Of a DNA stretch of 64,000 bases, positions 20,276 to 29,809 are shown piece after piece. Origin of the DNA: Candidatus Latescibacterota bacterium (GTDB lineage Bacteria; Latescibacterota; UBA2968; GCA-2709665); the NCBI GenBank assembly GCA_965237675.1, contig OZ250150.1:2112001-2176000 (forward strand), read 5' to 3'. Positions within the stretch are counted from its first letter, which is position 1, and the number at the start of each line of letters is the position of its first letter. The translations under genes and the position numbers were made by a program. A model generated the notes under the pieces. It saw only the letters and a list, made by a program, of their open reading frames with translations, was not told where the DNA came from and did no database searches.

Positions 20276-21103
20276 ATGGAATGCGCACATCCCGAACTCC
20301 TGGCCGGCCAAGTCGCGTGGGTCACTGCTTCCGCGCGGGGCCTGGGCCGGGCGATTGCGGAACGTCTGGCGCGTTGCGGCGCTTCGGTGGTTGTCCACGG
20401 ACGATCTGACGAAACGGCGGCAGAGTTCAACGAAGCCCCGTCCACGACTCATGTCGCCGGGGAAATCGCGAAAACAGGCAGCCCGGTCATCACCGTATTC
20501 GCCGACGTCTCGGAACCCGCACAGGTCAAAGCCGCGGTTGAACAGATCGAAAGCGAACTCGGACCGATCGACATTCTGGTCAACAACGCCGGAGGCGACA
20601 TTGCCGCGGCAGGCGGAAAGCCGAAGCCCAACGACACTTTGGGTATCCCCCTGGAAGATATCGAAGCCGTGTTCCGCAGGAACTTCGCCACAACCCTGCA
20701 TTGCTGCCGTACCGTCGTTCCGGGCATGGTCCAACGGAGAGAAGGCAGTATTGTCAATATAGGTTCCGTGGACAGCTTCACCGGCGAGCCCGGTGGAGGC
20801 CCCATTTACGCCACGGCCAAAGCCGCCCAAACCCACTATACCCGCTGCCTGGCTGCCCAACTCCGGGAACACAACATCACTGTGAACATGGTTGCGCCCG
20901 GCAATTCCCCCAGCGGTCGATTCGTTGCCACGGGTCAGGCCGACCCGGAACTTATGAACGCAATGAACCGGCCCACGCTGATCCGCTACGCCCATCCGGA
21001 CGAAATCGCGCGGGCCGTACAGTTCTTCGTTTCGCCGCTGGCAAGCTTCGTGAGCGGCCAGATCCTCCGTGTTGACGGGGGAGCCCAGCTTTCGCCGGCG
21101 TAA
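20276..21103 (+). CDS. Short-chain dehydrogenase/reductase
   Basis: VTASARGLG, NNAG, YATAK catalytic motif, VDGG. Confidence 0.9.
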   Translation: MECAHPELLAGQVAWVTASARGLGRAIAERLARCGASVVVHGRSDETAAEFNEAPSTTHVAGEIAKTGSPVITVFADVSEPAQVKAAVEQIESELGPIDILVNNAGGDIAAAGGKPKPNDTLGIPLEDIEAVFRRNFATTLHCCRTVVPGMVQRREGSIVNIGSVDSFTGEPGGGPIYATAKAAQTHYTRCLAAQLREHNITVNMVAPGNSPSGRFVATGQADPELMNAMNRPTLIRYAHPDEIARAVQFFVSPLASFVSGQILRVDGGAQLSPA

Positions 21104-21136
21104 TACCCTATCGGACAAGATAGCGGCAAAGTGCCC

Positions 21137-21733
21137 TCAGCGCCTGTCCAGTTCCGCCCGATATTCCTCTGGCGTATCCATATCCCGCAACACCCCCTCA
21201 TCCTCGACGTCAACCTCCAACGTATCGTCCGCGTGCCCGCGCATTACGGGTTTCAGCCCCGTCTCTCCCGAAAGAGATCGGATTTCCGAATAATAACGAC
21301 CCAGATCCACCAGAGCCGGATGCCCTCGTTTGCCTCCGCAAACGGGAACGACGATCCCTTTATTGCTGTTTTGGTACGCCGCGGCCACCCTCCGAACCAC
21401 CCGCGAATCGATCTGCGGCTGATCGCCCAGGGCGATCAACGCGGCGTCGGCCGACTTCACCAAGGTGGAGAGACCGCACAGGATACTTGAAAACATCCCC
21501 CTTCGGTAATCCGGATTGACGCGAAACATCACCGGCCGCTCCGCCAGACTCTCGCGCACGGTATCTGCATGGTGGCCAAGGACCACCAGGATCCCATCCA
21601 GATCGGCCGCCAGCAACGTATCGACCACGGTTTGAAGCACCGTCTTCCCGCCGAACGGCAGCAACTGTTTAGGAGACCCCATGCGAGTCGACATCCCGGC
21701 AGCCGGCACAAGCGCACAAATGCGTTTTTTCAT
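21137..21733 (-). CDS. Nucleotidyltransferase, MocA/MobA-like (molybdenum cofactor cytidylyltransferase family)
   Basis: PAAGMSTRMGSPKQLL, GMFSSI, LGDQP, GHP, DMDTPEEY. Confidence 0.85.
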   Translation of the reverse strand: MKKRICALVPAAGMSTRMGSPKQLLPFGGKTVLQTVVDTLLAADLDGILVVLGHHADTVRESLAERPVMFRVNPDYRRGMFSSILCGLSTLVKSADAALIALGDQPQIDSRVVRRVAAAYQNSNKGIVVPVCGGKRGHPALVDLGRYYSEIRSLSGETGLKPVMRGHADDTLEVDVEDEGVLRDMDTPEEYRAELDRR

Positions 21734-21988
21734 TTGGATCTCAAGTATAACAAAAAAAAACGCCGGAGACCACAAAATCTGAACGGCAACCGGACAAGGC
21801 AAGCGACGGAGGCCGCTCTGCATTTAAAAACAAACACTTAATCGTCGCCGTCCAGGGCATTTCACCAACAGACGGGCCATGACGAAACGGCGGTCGAGGC
21901 CCGTATGCGGACAATTCGAATTTATCATTCTTGTTTTTAATAAATGAATAAATAACAGATAATTATACGCCTCAAACTACGCTTTATC

Positions 21989-22037
21989 TTGACTTTTTTT
22001 TATTAAATAGTACATTACATTTCTTTGAAATGTAATG
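21989..22037 (+). promoter_or_regulatory. Sigma70-like promoter overlapped by a perfect 11-3-11 palindrome (candidate operator)
   Basis: TTGACT-16 bp-TACATT; CATTACATTTC-TTT-GAAATGTAATG at 22013-22037; AT-rich upstream. Confidence 0.6.
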
Positions 22038-22083
22038 AGGGTCGAATCCCGCACATCCGCAGCTTCCGGAGAAGCTATCCCAG

Positions 22084-22329
22084 GTGCTCTGTGATACGTG
22101 TGAAAAGCGTCCCGCCACACGGGCCTCCACCCGGGTTTTCAATGGCGCGAAACAGGTCACTTATCGTTGCGAGGTCTGTGACGCGTTAGCGGAAGCCGGG
22201 TCGAATCCTCCACTCGAGCGCCCCTGCGAGCGTTGCCGGCAAGAAGAGGGTCGGATCAAACTCACACGCCTCACGGAACGTTATCGAACCGTAACGTATC
22301 TCTGTGAGACTTGCGCGACCCGTACCTAA
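22084..22329 (+). CDS. Small Cys-rich protein with two McsA-N-like CxxC..CxxC modules
   Basis: MLCDTCEKRPAT...NGAK...CEVC and CERC...YLCETCA; GTG start after GGAG; 8 Cys. Confidence 0.7.
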   Translation: MLCDTCEKRPATRASTRVFNGAKQVTYRCEVCDALAEAGSNPPLERPCERCRQEEGRIKLTRLTERYRTVTYLCETCATRT

Positions 22330-22523
22330 CCGCCCGGTTCCGGGCTGGCGAACATCCTCGAGGAATCGGGCGTCGGCGCCGGCGTGCATCTCCTGTATCC
22401 CCGGCCTCCGAACCGGATGTCGACACGTTATCCGCGGCGGGTGTACCATCACGAAACCCCGCCAACCCGCGTGCGCGAGCAGCCCTCAGCCGCCACACCC
22501 ATTTGCAACCGGTTAGCCGCAAG

Positions 22524-25500
22524 ATGGATACCCGCACATTCCTGAATCCTCCGGCTCCATATCGGATTCTGCCTTCCTGGTCCTGGAACAGCACCATCGA
22601 GGACGGCGAGATCGTGCGCCAGATCCGGGAGATGAGCGAAAAAGGCCTGGGTGGTTTCTGTCTCTCCGCGGGGCCGGGGCTTCGCATTCCGTACCTCTCC
22701 AAGATCTGGTTCGATCGTGTTCGGCTGGCGGTGGAAACCGCCCGGGAGTGCGGCCTTCAGGTCTGGCTGCAGGGAGAATACCCCCATCCCCACAGCATCA
22801 GCGGCGGCCAGGTTTCACTGGGTTACCCGCAGTATCGCGCCCAGCACCTCACCTTCGATGAAATCACCGTACAGGGCGGTCAGCAGGTCGACATGGAACT
22901 ACCGTGGGGCACGGTATTGCGGGCGCTCGCCGTTCCGCTCAAACGGGACCGGTGCCTCTGGGAGAGTGTGACCGATGTCGGGGATTATATCGGCGCCAAT
23001 CAGCGCCATGAGATATACCACGAACACACGGACGATGGGACATACCACAACAAACAATTTCTCGCCCGCCACCTTGCGCATCGCCTGTTCTGGAAGGCGC
23101 CGCCCGGACGCTGGAGAGTGCTGGTCTTCATACAGCGAGAATCCGATGCGGCGGAACCTCATGGAATCCATTTCGATCCCTTCAACGCGGAAGCCGTCGC
23201 CTGTTTTCTTGAGACAACCCACGGACGGTACGCCAAAGTGCTCGCAGACAGTTTTGGCGGTGTGATCCAGGGCATTTTAACCACCGATACGCTTTCCACA
23301 CCCGGCAGATGGCCCTGGTCTCCGACATTGCCCGGGGTATTTCACGAGCGCAACCAGTACGACCTGCTTAACTGCCTCCCTGCGCTGATGACCTATTTCG
23401 GTCCGAATACGGCCCGGATTCGGACCGATTACTTCCAGACACTGAGCGAGATGCTCCGAGACAACTTCCATAAAGTCTTCGAGACGTGGTGCGCAAAGCA
23501 TAAACTGCGGCACGCAGCGGATGTCACTGTCTTCAGGAACGCTCACAGGCGAAATGTCCACATCCCCGGCACGAGCGGAGGCGGTGAAAAGGTCGGCCGG
23601 TTCAGAGACCGGGACGCGCATGCCGCCGATTATCGCCGCAACCCCAGATTCTCAGTGTCCGTCCACGACGGGGGCCGCGTTTTCAACACCTGTTTCCAGG
23701 ATACCGGCTGGTCTCTCACACTTCAGGATATGAAATGGACGATCGACCGGATGGGCGCCCTCGGCGCCAACCTGTTTCACGCGCGGGGATTGGCCTACAC
23801 GCTCGACGGGTTGCGCAAGCACCACAAACCGCCCTCGATTTTTCACCAGAATCCCTACTGGAAACATTTCCGGCTTCTGGCGGACTACGCCGGCCGTCTC
23901 TCATACGTCCTCAGCCAGGGACGACGAAGGGCCAACCTGGCCCTGCTCGATCCAGTGACGAGCCTCTGGGCGCACCTGGGCAGCCCCGGCCTCGGATGGA
24001 AATATATCGGTTACGATGAGGATGAAGCCAAGTTTACCCAGCGCCTCGCTTCGGATTGGGCGTACCTGATAGAAACCCTTTGCCAGATGCAGCGCGATTT
24101 CGACTCGCTGGATCCGGAAACGTTGGCCGAGGCGCGGATCGTCGGTGACAGGATCCATATTGACGGAGCCAGATACGACGTGCTCATCCTGCCGCCCATC
24201 GCGAACCTGGAACGAGACGCATTTGAACGCATCCGGCAGTTCATCAACGCCGGCGGCAAAGTCATCTGTCTCGGCCTGCTGCCGATCGAAGACATTCAGG
24301 AGGGTCCATCGGTTGTCGAGGCATTCTCCCGGCTCACCGATATGGACCCCGGCAGAATGAAACGCGACTATGCAGGCCACGAACTGGGCGTACATCTCAT
24401 CCAGCGGGGAGACCTCTACTTCATCCGTACGGGTGGTTCCGTCGAGGAAAACCGTGGTGCGCGCATGCTGGCCGATCTGCTCCACCGTATCCTTCCTCCT
24501 GACGTGATCGTTGAAACCGACAAGAAGAACGGTTCGGCAATCCTGTCGCAGCGGAGAGAAACGCCGAAAGAAGACCTGTTTTTCTTCGCGAATACCGATC
24601 CAAACGCCTTCACATCCCGGATCACCATAAGGGTTCCGGCAAACCGCCGCAAAGTGGAACGGTGGGACCTGGAAACCGGCAGGCGGACCCCATTGAAGGC
24701 GGAACGGGAAGGCGATCGGATCACGCTCAATCTCGACTTCGGACGCCTGCAATCCCACCTTATCGTTGCATCGGAAGACAAACCCCAGGCGCTGGCGGAG
24801 TCGGAACCGGCGGCAGCCTTGCGTCCAGACTCGAACGGTCCGTGGAAGGTCGATCCCGAAGAGGACAACTGCCTGCGCATGGACAGGTTCCAGATGCAGC
24901 TCGATCCGCAGAACAAGGGGATCGAGCAGGGCTGGCACAATCTCGGTTACAGGGACAGCCGCTGGACACCGGTTACCCCCAAACCGATGGTAGAACAGAT
25001 TCGAGATCTGTCTTCTCTCTCCAGCCTGCCCTTCACGTTCAACAGCGATGCGCCGGGCCAGGCTCCGGGTCCTGGCATCGATTTTCCTCTTGTCTGCTGG
25101 TTCAGAACGGCATTCTCCGCGGATTTCGTGCCTTCAAAGCTCTCCCTGGTGATGGACCGCAGCGCCATTCTTGGCAACTACCAGATTTTCCTGAACGGTG
25201 TCCGGCTGCCGGGAAAAGCCTTCCGGCCCACTTTCCGGTACGACCATAACAACGTCACCTGCGCCGTTGTGCGCCGCGTCTCGACCGGCAAGAATGTCCT
25301 CGCCGTCCGAGTAGAACTCGACCACCTCAACCAGGGCCTCGTAGATGCATTATACGTCTTCGGGAAATTCGGTGTCAGACGTTGGCTCAATCAATATCTC
25401 CGAATCGTCCCACCGGTCGACCGGGGTATACCGGGTGAGTTGGACGACCAGAAAATGCCATTTTATGCTGGCACGGTTGTGTATACGAAGGATATGACGT

Positions 25501-25763
25501 TTGCCGAGCCTCCCGAGACGGAACAGTTTGTTTTTTCGCTCGAAGAGGAACTCAGGGACCTTTCCAATATTGTCGAGGTCGTCATCAACGGCCGTTCGCT
25601 GGGCACGAGGGCCTGGGCGCCCTATAAGTGGACGGGCCAGACCGAGTGGCTGAAATCCGGCAAGAATCGTGTCGTCGTGAGGATGACCAACACGCTTTCC
25701 CGCCTGCTCACCGGCTCTGAATTCGACGCCCAGACCCATTCCATGAAGCCGGTAAGGCTGTAG
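22524..25763 (+). CDS. Large glycoside hydrolase-like protein (GH106/GH2 sugar-binding related)
   Basis: FLNPP..YR..P.W.WN, GLGGF, GWSLTLQDMK, PPSIFHQNPYW, YAGRLS; C-terminal PFYAG...GxNxxxVxxTNTL jelly-roll. Confidence 0.75.
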   Translation: MDTRTFLNPPAPYRILPSWSWNSTIEDGEIVRQIREMSEKGLGGFCLSAGPGLRIPYLSKIWFDRVRLAVETARECGLQVWLQGEYPHPHSISGGQVSLGYPQYRAQHLTFDEITVQGGQQVDMELPWGTVLRALAVPLKRDRCLWESVTDVGDYIGANQRHEIYHEHTDDGTYHNKQFLARHLAHRLFWKAPPGRWRVLVFIQRESDAAEPHGIHFDPFNAEAVACFLETTHGRYAKVLADSFGGVIQGILTTDTLSTPGRWPWSPTLPGVFHERNQYDLLNCLPALMTYFGPNTARIRTDYFQTLSEMLRDNFHKVFETWCAKHKLRHAADVTVFRNAHRRNVHIPGTSGGGEKVGRFRDRDAHAADYRRNPRFSVSVHDGGRVFNTCFQDTGWSLTLQDMKWTIDRMGALGANLFHARGLAYTLDGLRKHHKPPSIFHQNPYWKHFRLLADYAGRLSYVLSQGRRRANLALLDPVTSLWAHLGSPGLGWKYIGYDEDEAKFTQRLASDWAYLIETLCQMQRDFDSLDPETLAEARIVGDRIHIDGARYDVLILPPIANLERDAFERIRQFINAGGKVICLGLLPIEDIQEGPSVVEAFSRLTDMDPGRMKRDYAGHELGVHLIQRGDLYFIRTGGSVEENRGARMLADLLHRILPPDVIVETDKKNGSAILSQRRETPKEDLFFFANTDPNAFTSRITIRVPANRRKVERWDLETGRRTPLKAEREGDRITLNLDFGRLQSHLIVASEDKPQALAESEPAAALRPDSNGPWKVDPEEDNCLRMDRFQMQLDPQNKGIEQGWHNLGYRDSRWTPVTPKPMVEQIRDLSSLSSLPFTFNSDAPGQAPGPGIDFPLVCWFRTAFSADFVPSKLSLVMDRSAILGNYQIFLNGVRLPGKAFRPTFRYDHNNVTCAVVRRVSTGKNVLAVRVELDHLNQGLVDALYVFGKFGVRRWLNQYLRIVPPVDRGIPGELDDQKMPFYAGTVVYTKDMTFAEPPETEQFVFSLEEELRDLSNIVEVVINGRSLGTRAWAPYKWTGQTEWLKSGKNRVVVRMTNTLSRLLTGSEFDAQTHSMKPVRL

Positions 25764-25865
25764 GAAATCCGAAAGCAAACGGCGCGGCTCCGAAACGGGG
25801 AAATCGGGCGCGTCATCGGTATTCACCTGCCCCATAGAAAACTCGTAACGCGCCGGAAGAAGAAA

Positions 25866-25894
25866 AAAAGCGGCCCCATGTCGAGGTCGCTTTT
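25866..25894 (+). terminator. Intrinsic terminator
   Basis: AAAAGCGGCC...GGTCGCTTTT hairpin after the glycosidase gene. Confidence 0.55.
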
Positions 25895-25963
25895 GTGTTG
25901 AGTCCACAAGCGCGAATTTACGCGAAAAACTGACGAAAGATAGGAGTTGACCCCGATAGCCGG

Positions 25964-26164
25964 ATGGTGCATGTGTTAGGGCGGCGTTTCGTCGGTTCCG
26001 TCGCCGTGGAGGATTTCGACGATGCGATTGAGGAACTGCATCGCAAAGGCGTGGCGGTTGAGTGGGGTCCGCACGAGCTTGCAACCTGCCACGTGGCCAT
26101 GATCGCCGATCCCGGCGGAAACCCGATCTTCATTCACAGGCGAAAGGACGGGAGTTGGGGATAG
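25964..26164 (+). pseudogene. C-terminal half of a VOC/glyoxalase protein
   Basis: VEDFDDAIEEL..KGV.....P.......ADPGGN motif only; the N-terminal half is missing. Confidence 0.65.
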
Positions 26165-26252
26165 TCGGCGCTAGCGCGACACCGTCATTGACGGATTTCC
26201 CTGACGGTGGAAGTAGCGCATTCGGTTCTCCGTTCAGGAATTGAGGTTTGGA

Positions 26253-26357
26253 ATGTCAGAGTGCGACTACGGTCTTGCCTGGTACCATGGTGCTCAGCAA
26301 GAGCTGACAGAACTTCGCCTAGGAAGTTCGATCACTCAGAACCGAATTCTGGCGTAA
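26253..26357 (+). pseudogene. Truncated duplicate of the 5' end of the 27396-27815 gene
   Basis: MSECDYGLAWYHGAQQELTELRLGSSITQNRILA* versus MRKCDYSLTWYHGSQQKLTELRAGSSITQNRNLAK; AAA>TAA; upstream leader also similar. Confidence 0.8.
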
Positions 26358-26559
26358 GCGTTTTGCAATCGAAACTCCGCACCGAACCAGGAGTCAACAA
26401 GACGCCACGGAGAAAAGCCGGGTCACTGGCCTCAGACGAAACCGCTGAATCGCCCTGTGACAAACTCCCACATCATACTATCACGTCCGTGACGGGCCTC
26501 GGCGCTTGTGCGCCTGGTTCAACCGCTGCGTGGGTCGGGCACGCGGAACGTCATCTGAA

Positions 26560-27252
26560 ATGAGCCATGCGATGAAAAAGCAAAGTATTTTAGAAGAGCA
26601 GATCTCCTATTATCGCGCCCGCGCCCCTGAATATGATGAGTGGTTCCTGCGAAAGGGACGCTACGACGTTGGCGCAGATGATAATCGACGATGGCATGCC
26701 GAAACCAAAAAGCTCAGGAGTGCGCTGCACCAGGCCCGACCGTGCGGAAGAATACTCGAACTGGCGTGTGGAACGGGATGGTGGACCAGGGAGTTGGTCG
26801 TGCACTGTCAAGAATTAACCGCTGTAGACAGTTCGCCAGAGGCCATTGCACTGAATCAAAGCAAAGTCAATGATGATCGTGTCGAGTATATTGAGACCAA
26901 CATGTTCCACTGGAAGTCAGAATCTCTCTATGATTTCGTGTTCTTCGGATTCTGGCTTTCGCATGTACCGGATTCACATATGGAGCGTTTTTGGAGATTG
27001 ATCGAGAGGTCTCTACGGCCCGGGGGAAAACTGTTTTTTGTGGACAACCTGATTCCCTCAACACCGGACAGCGCGCCACCTGCCGAGGATAATATAACGC
27101 GGCGGCGGCTTAACGATGGTCGAGCATTCAACATCGTCAAGGTATTCTACGATCCCGACGAGTTGGCGCGCGCGATCCGGAACCGTGGCTGGAAGGGCGA
27201 TGTTTGCACGACTGGCGACTTTTTCCTCTACGGGAGATTCGAACGTGTTTAG
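26560..27252 (+). CDS. Class I SAM-dependent methyltransferase
   Basis: YYRARAPEYD, ILELACGTG, VDSS, FWLSHVP, LRPGG. Confidence 0.88.
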   Translation: MSHAMKKQSILEEQISYYRARAPEYDEWFLRKGRYDVGADDNRRWHAETKKLRSALHQARPCGRILELACGTGWWTRELVVHCQELTAVDSSPEAIALNQSKVNDDRVEYIETNMFHWKSESLYDFVFFGFWLSHVPDSHMERFWRLIERSLRPGGKLFFVDNLIPSTPDSAPPAEDNITRRRLNDGRAFNIVKVFYDPDELARAIRNRGWKGDVCTTGDFFLYGRFERV

Positions 27253-27395
27253 CCAGAGGCCCTCGAGCGAGACTTGTCGAGCAGGAGTTTGCAACTCTCA
27301 CGAATCCTTGCATACCCTACTTTCCGTGTTACCGATCGAAACCCTGGGAAAGGAAGTCGCATTTTCGGTTCTCTGTCAGGAATTCGAGGTCGGAT

Positions 27396-27815
27396 ATGCG
27401 AAAGTGTGACTACAGCCTTACGTGGTACCATGGCTCTCAGCAAAAGCTGACGGAACTTCGCGCCGGAAGTTCGATCACGCAGAACCGAAATCTGGCGAAA
27501 GCGTTTTCCCACAGGCCCTCGCTTGTCAGTAGGTCTTACCCGGACGAGTCCCTGTCCGACGATTGTAACGTGAAACACAATAGCGTCACGCCGGGTTATC
27601 TCTATACTGTTTCCGAGGAGATCGGTCCGGAGGATATCGATCCGCATCCCCACCCGGCGAATGCCGATCGCTGGGAGTGGTTGACCAGACGGGAACTGAC
27701 GCTGGAATTCATCCAAGAAACGATCGTGACGGATCGAGAGCGTCTGACAGACGAAGAAATCGCACAACTCAGGCAGAAACAGGAGCAACGGGGCGAGGAG
27801 ACGTTTGCGGAGTGA
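27396..27815 (+). CDS. Hypothetical protein, possible ADP-ribosyltransferase (Arr-like) fold
   Basis: WYHGS...SITQN..LA..FS...GYLYTV...WEW pattern; GAGG Shine-Dalgarno. Confidence 0.6.
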   Translation: MRKCDYSLTWYHGSQQKLTELRAGSSITQNRNLAKAFSHRPSLVSRSYPDESLSDDCNVKHNSVTPGYLYTVSEEIGPEDIDPHPHPANADRWEWLTRRELTLEFIQETIVTDRERLTDEEIAQLRQKQEQRGEETFAE

Positions 27816-28068
27816 CGGGAACGATTGCCGCGATCTATTTCTGGTTCCCGCACACTTGCATTTTGAAATGGCGGTATATATATTTCGAGAGCATGCAGGA
27901 CAACCGGCCGCACCGTCGCTCTGAGCACTGCCTCAAACCTGTTCAGTGGTCCCAGCGGGACAGGTTCCATGTGCGGGTCACGCCTACTTCACTTGCAGTG
28001 GAGTTCGGGCGCGTAGCGCCCACTTTCCCGTTACCGAGAGATGAAACGGCGATCCATTCAGGTCTTAG

Positions 28069-28228
28069 CAGTCCGTTGATAAAGTCGCTCTGCAGGCGAG
28101 GCCGAGTCATTGTGGCCGAAGACAAGGCGCGCGACCGCGTCGAATCGGGGGATTCGGGGAGGGAGTGCAACGCAGTAATTCGGCCACAAGGGCCGGACGC
28201 AGCCCGGATGGACTTTTTCAACGGGCTG
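28069..28228. mobile_element. MITE-like element A (160 bp)
   Basis: Imperfect TIRs CAGTCCGTTGATAAAGTC / GACTTTTTCAACGGGCTG, flanked by TTAG on both sides; internal IR TTGTGGCCGAA/TTCGGCCACAA; no transposase. Confidence 0.75.
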
Positions 28229-28307
28229 TTAGGCGGACCCACTCTTTATAGGCATGCAGTATCTTGCGACAAGAGAAGATGCCTTTCTCAAGAATGGAGA
28301 ATTCGCG

Positions 28308-28565
28308 ATGGCTGATGTAGAACGGAATAGGTTAGAATTGGGAAAGATCGTCTCGCGTGATCCTGAAATCCACAGCGGAGACCTTGTATTTGCCGGCACG
28401 AGGGTTCCGGTAGACTGTCTGGTGGGTTATATTAAAGGGGGGCACTCCATCGAAGAGTTCCTCCTGGACTATCCCACGGTCGAGCGCTGGCAGATAGAGC
28501 GGTTTCTCGACCTTGCAGCCGAGGGTCTGGAGCACTTGAGAGCACAGGATGCGAGTGCTTCGTGA
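28308..28565 (+). CDS. DUF433 antitoxin-like protein
   Basis: RDPEIHSG..VFAGTRVPV...G.SIEEFL.DYPTV. Confidence 0.88.
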   Translation: MADVERNRLELGKIVSRDPEIHSGDLVFAGTRVPVDCLVGYIKGGHSIEEFLLDYPTVERWQIERFLDLAAEGLEHLRAQDASAS

Positions 28566-28875
28566 CGAGGATGTTCCGATCAGACTCAGACTCTACTTCC
28601 AATCAGAAGTAGAGGTCGAAACGGTGGCGTATCGTGGATGGAAGGGTCTTAAAAACGGCGCATTACTGCGTGCCGCCCAACGACATTTCGATGTTCTTGT
28701 TACGATGGACAATAACCTTCCTGATCAACAATCTCTTCAACAATTCGACCTGGGCGTGGCTGTCTTGCGTGCATCGAGCAATACGCTTGAGGGTTTGGTA
28801 GCAATGGTATCAGAAATCGAAAGAGTGCTACCTGAGATCCGGCCTGGACAAGCTTTGCGGATCTATCCCAAATAG
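28549..28875 (+). CDS. DUF5615 PIN-like (VapC45-type) toxin
   Basis: MRVLxDEDVP, GWKGLKNGALL, FDVLVTMD.NL..QQ; overlaps the DUF433 gene. Confidence 0.85.
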   Translation: MRVLRDEDVPIRLRLYFQSEVEVETVAYRGWKGLKNGALLRAAQRHFDVLVTMDNNLPDQQSLQQFDLGVAVLRASSNTLEGLVAMVSEIERVLPEIRPGQALRIYPK

Positions 28876-29223
28876 ACTGCGGCCTCCATATCATTGACAA
28901 GGCCAGCACCTCATCGCCACAGGCTGCCACGACGCAGAAGTACGACCTCCCGGATCACCCTCCGCACGCAACAACGTCAACAACCCGGATCCCCGCCGGC
29001 AATTTTACACTCGTCGTCGAGGAACAACACAAAATCGCGGCATGACGATATCGAAGCGCTGTCTCCCTTGAGGATCCGACGCCAGCCCGGATAATATCCG
29101 TGCCGTTTCACGGGAATTTCGAGGTCGGGAACTATATCAACAGTCCCACGCGGTGGACTCCTCAGGCTCTCGGTCCAATAGCAGACGATATCACTCCAAA
29201 CTAATTCTGGAGGTACGCAACTC

Positions 29224-29631
29224 ATGACCCCCTGGAAGATCAATCTGGACGACGTGCCTGAAGATCATCAGACGTGGACCTGGAAGACCGGAAGCTACGA
29301 ACGCTTTCGCCGCCATGTATCCGTCGCCCTGGGAAACACCCCGGAAACACCCCATCCGTTCGACGTGGAACTGACGCGTCTGCCGCCGGGGGCGCGGCCA
29401 TGTCCGGTGCATTCGCATGCCCGCACATGGGAATTCTTCATTGTCGTGTCCGGCCGCGCCGTGGTCGATCGTGAAGGAGATTCCACCGAAGCCGTCGCCG
29501 GAGACTGCTTCATGCAACCGGCGGGCACCCGGCACCGGATCCGAAATGCCAGCCGATCCGAAGATCTGGTCTTCTACGTTATCGCCAACGAGCACGGCGA
29601 GCCCGATCCGGGCCGGAAATATCGGGTCTGA
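29224..29631 (+). CDS. Cupin-domain protein
   Basis: PVHSH...EFFIVVSG...GDC...PAGT.H.IRN. Confidence 0.85.
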   Translation: MTPWKINLDDVPEDHQTWTWKTGSYERFRRHVSVALGNTPETPHPFDVELTRLPPGARPCPVHSHARTWEFFIVVSGRAVVDREGDSTEAVAGDCFMQPAGTRHRIRNASRSEDLVFYVIANEHGEPDPGRKYRV

Positions 29632-29809
29632 TCAGCACGGTATAAAGCTCGATCTGCCCGCTGTCGTCTATCGACGCGAACGCCCCCTCCCCCCGCGTTC
29701 CGCGTCTGCGCCGCCTGAACGGGACGGTTAGCGCCCGCACCGGAATCGCGGAATCGTCTCTCCCGCCCTCGTCAGATATTGATTCCTGGAATCCGCTTGG
29801 GGACTCAAA

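Noticed and set aside
26470-26558. Complete attC site before the methyltransferase
   Set aside because: Hairpin-rich and ends in AACGTCATCTG, but the R boxes deviate from RYYYAAC/GTTRRRY; too degenerate to call.
28876-29220. Gene or transposase remnant between the toxin and cupin genes
   Set aside because: Short ORFs lack any motif I can recognise.
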